Shown piece by piece: positions 53,363 through 53,842 of a stretch of 53,842 nt of DNA (position 1 is the stretch's first letter; every line of letters starts with the position of its first letter). The position numbers and the translations under genes are program-made. The notes below the pieces were generated by a model. It did not search any database. It saw only the letters and a program-made list of their open reading frames with translations, and had not been told where the DNA came from. This DNA is from a virus. Taxonomy: Duplodnaviria; Caudoviricetes. Location: positions 1 to 53,842 of the IMG/VR virus record IMGVR_UViG_3300020125_000547. One strand, 5' to 3'.

Positions 53363-53842
53363 CTATTGCCAATCGATCTCAGCTCCGGCCACGGTGACGG
53401 AGCCGGTGCCGATGATGTTCTTCACCGCGACCCAGTACGTGGTGCCCGTCGTCACATAAGCACCTGGGTTGAGGATCGTCAGCACCTGCGGTGTGCCCGT
53501 TCCGTTGGAGCTTCCTGACGCGCCAAGGTCGACCTCGGCTCCATTGGCTGTGGTCGATCCGAACACGGAAGCGGCCTGCGACGCGGGCCCGGTGCTGTCT
53601 TTGATGAACACTCGCACGGCGGTCACTGTGGCGCCGGTACTGAGAGGCGCTGTGGCGGCGACCAGCGCCGACCCACTGAACGTTGCGTTTGGTGAATACA
53701 CAACCGACGCCCCATTCCAGCCCACGAATGCATGGCCCGACAAATGAATCGTGTGTGCCGCTATTGAGTTCACCGCGCATCCGACGATCGTCAGGTCCTG
53801 CGCCGCGCTCGTCCATGCGCCGGTCGTGGCGTCCCGCGGCGA
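53363..53842 (-). CDS. Convergent gene (5' end outside window) whose C-terminus is paralogous to the fibre tip
   Basis: Frame open to the window edge; aligns with the last ~150 aa of 51865-53361. Confidence 0.7.
   Translation of the reverse strand, partial: SPRDATTGAWTSAAQDLTIVGCAVNSIAAHTIHLSGHAFVGWNGASVVYSPNATFSGSALVAATAPLSTGATVTAVRVFIKDSTGPASQAASVFGSTTANGAEVDLGASGSSNGTGTPQVLTILNPGAYVTTGTTYWVAVKNIIGTGSVTVAGAEIDWQ

Noticed and set aside
51865-53842. Diversity-generating retroelement acting on the fibre
   Set aside because: No reverse transcriptase and no near-identical repeat pair differing only at adenines was seen
1-53842. tRNA, rRNA, integrase/att site, lysis cassette, DNA polymerase or sigma factor gene
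   Set aside because: None recognised by eye; they may lie outside the window or be too divergent to see without searches

Overview
This is a high-GC segment of a tailed dsDNA phage with a contractile (myovirus-type) tail, cut at both ends. The host is inferred to be a myxobacterium-like organism, from the SspB type, the RiPP-leader style and the GC content. Layout: 1-23.5 kb holds many small accessory/early genes, an AT-rich iteron-like region (7.9-8.3 kb), a TerS candidate, a reverse-strand TerL, SspB, GroES, a glycosyltransferase and two anti-defence sponge candidates (Acb2/Tad1-like and Tad2-like). 23.6-53.4 kb holds the morphogenesis genes (extended DUF1073 portal, MuF, DUF2213 protease/scaffold, DUF2184 capsid, neck, sheath, tube, frameshifted chaperone, tape measure, baseplate, fibre) with two GIY-YIG homing endonucleases. 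Main unexplained signals: (1) ten copies of an ECF-sigma-like bipartite motif (RGAWC-N15-GTCCTAS) just upstream of start codons, including sspB, groES and the glycosyltransferase, plus a ZAS-type zinc-finger protein; (2) an orphan lanthipeptide-like precursor; (3) one ~80-aa domain found six times, in four virion proteins and as a free-standing gene; (4) a patchwork protein with portal- and terminase-like fragments; (5) a homing endonuclease fused to a duplicated N-terminus of its neighbour gene. No integrase, polymerase, lysin, tRNA or CRISPR array was recognised. All family calls come from motif recognition by eye; no database search was run.
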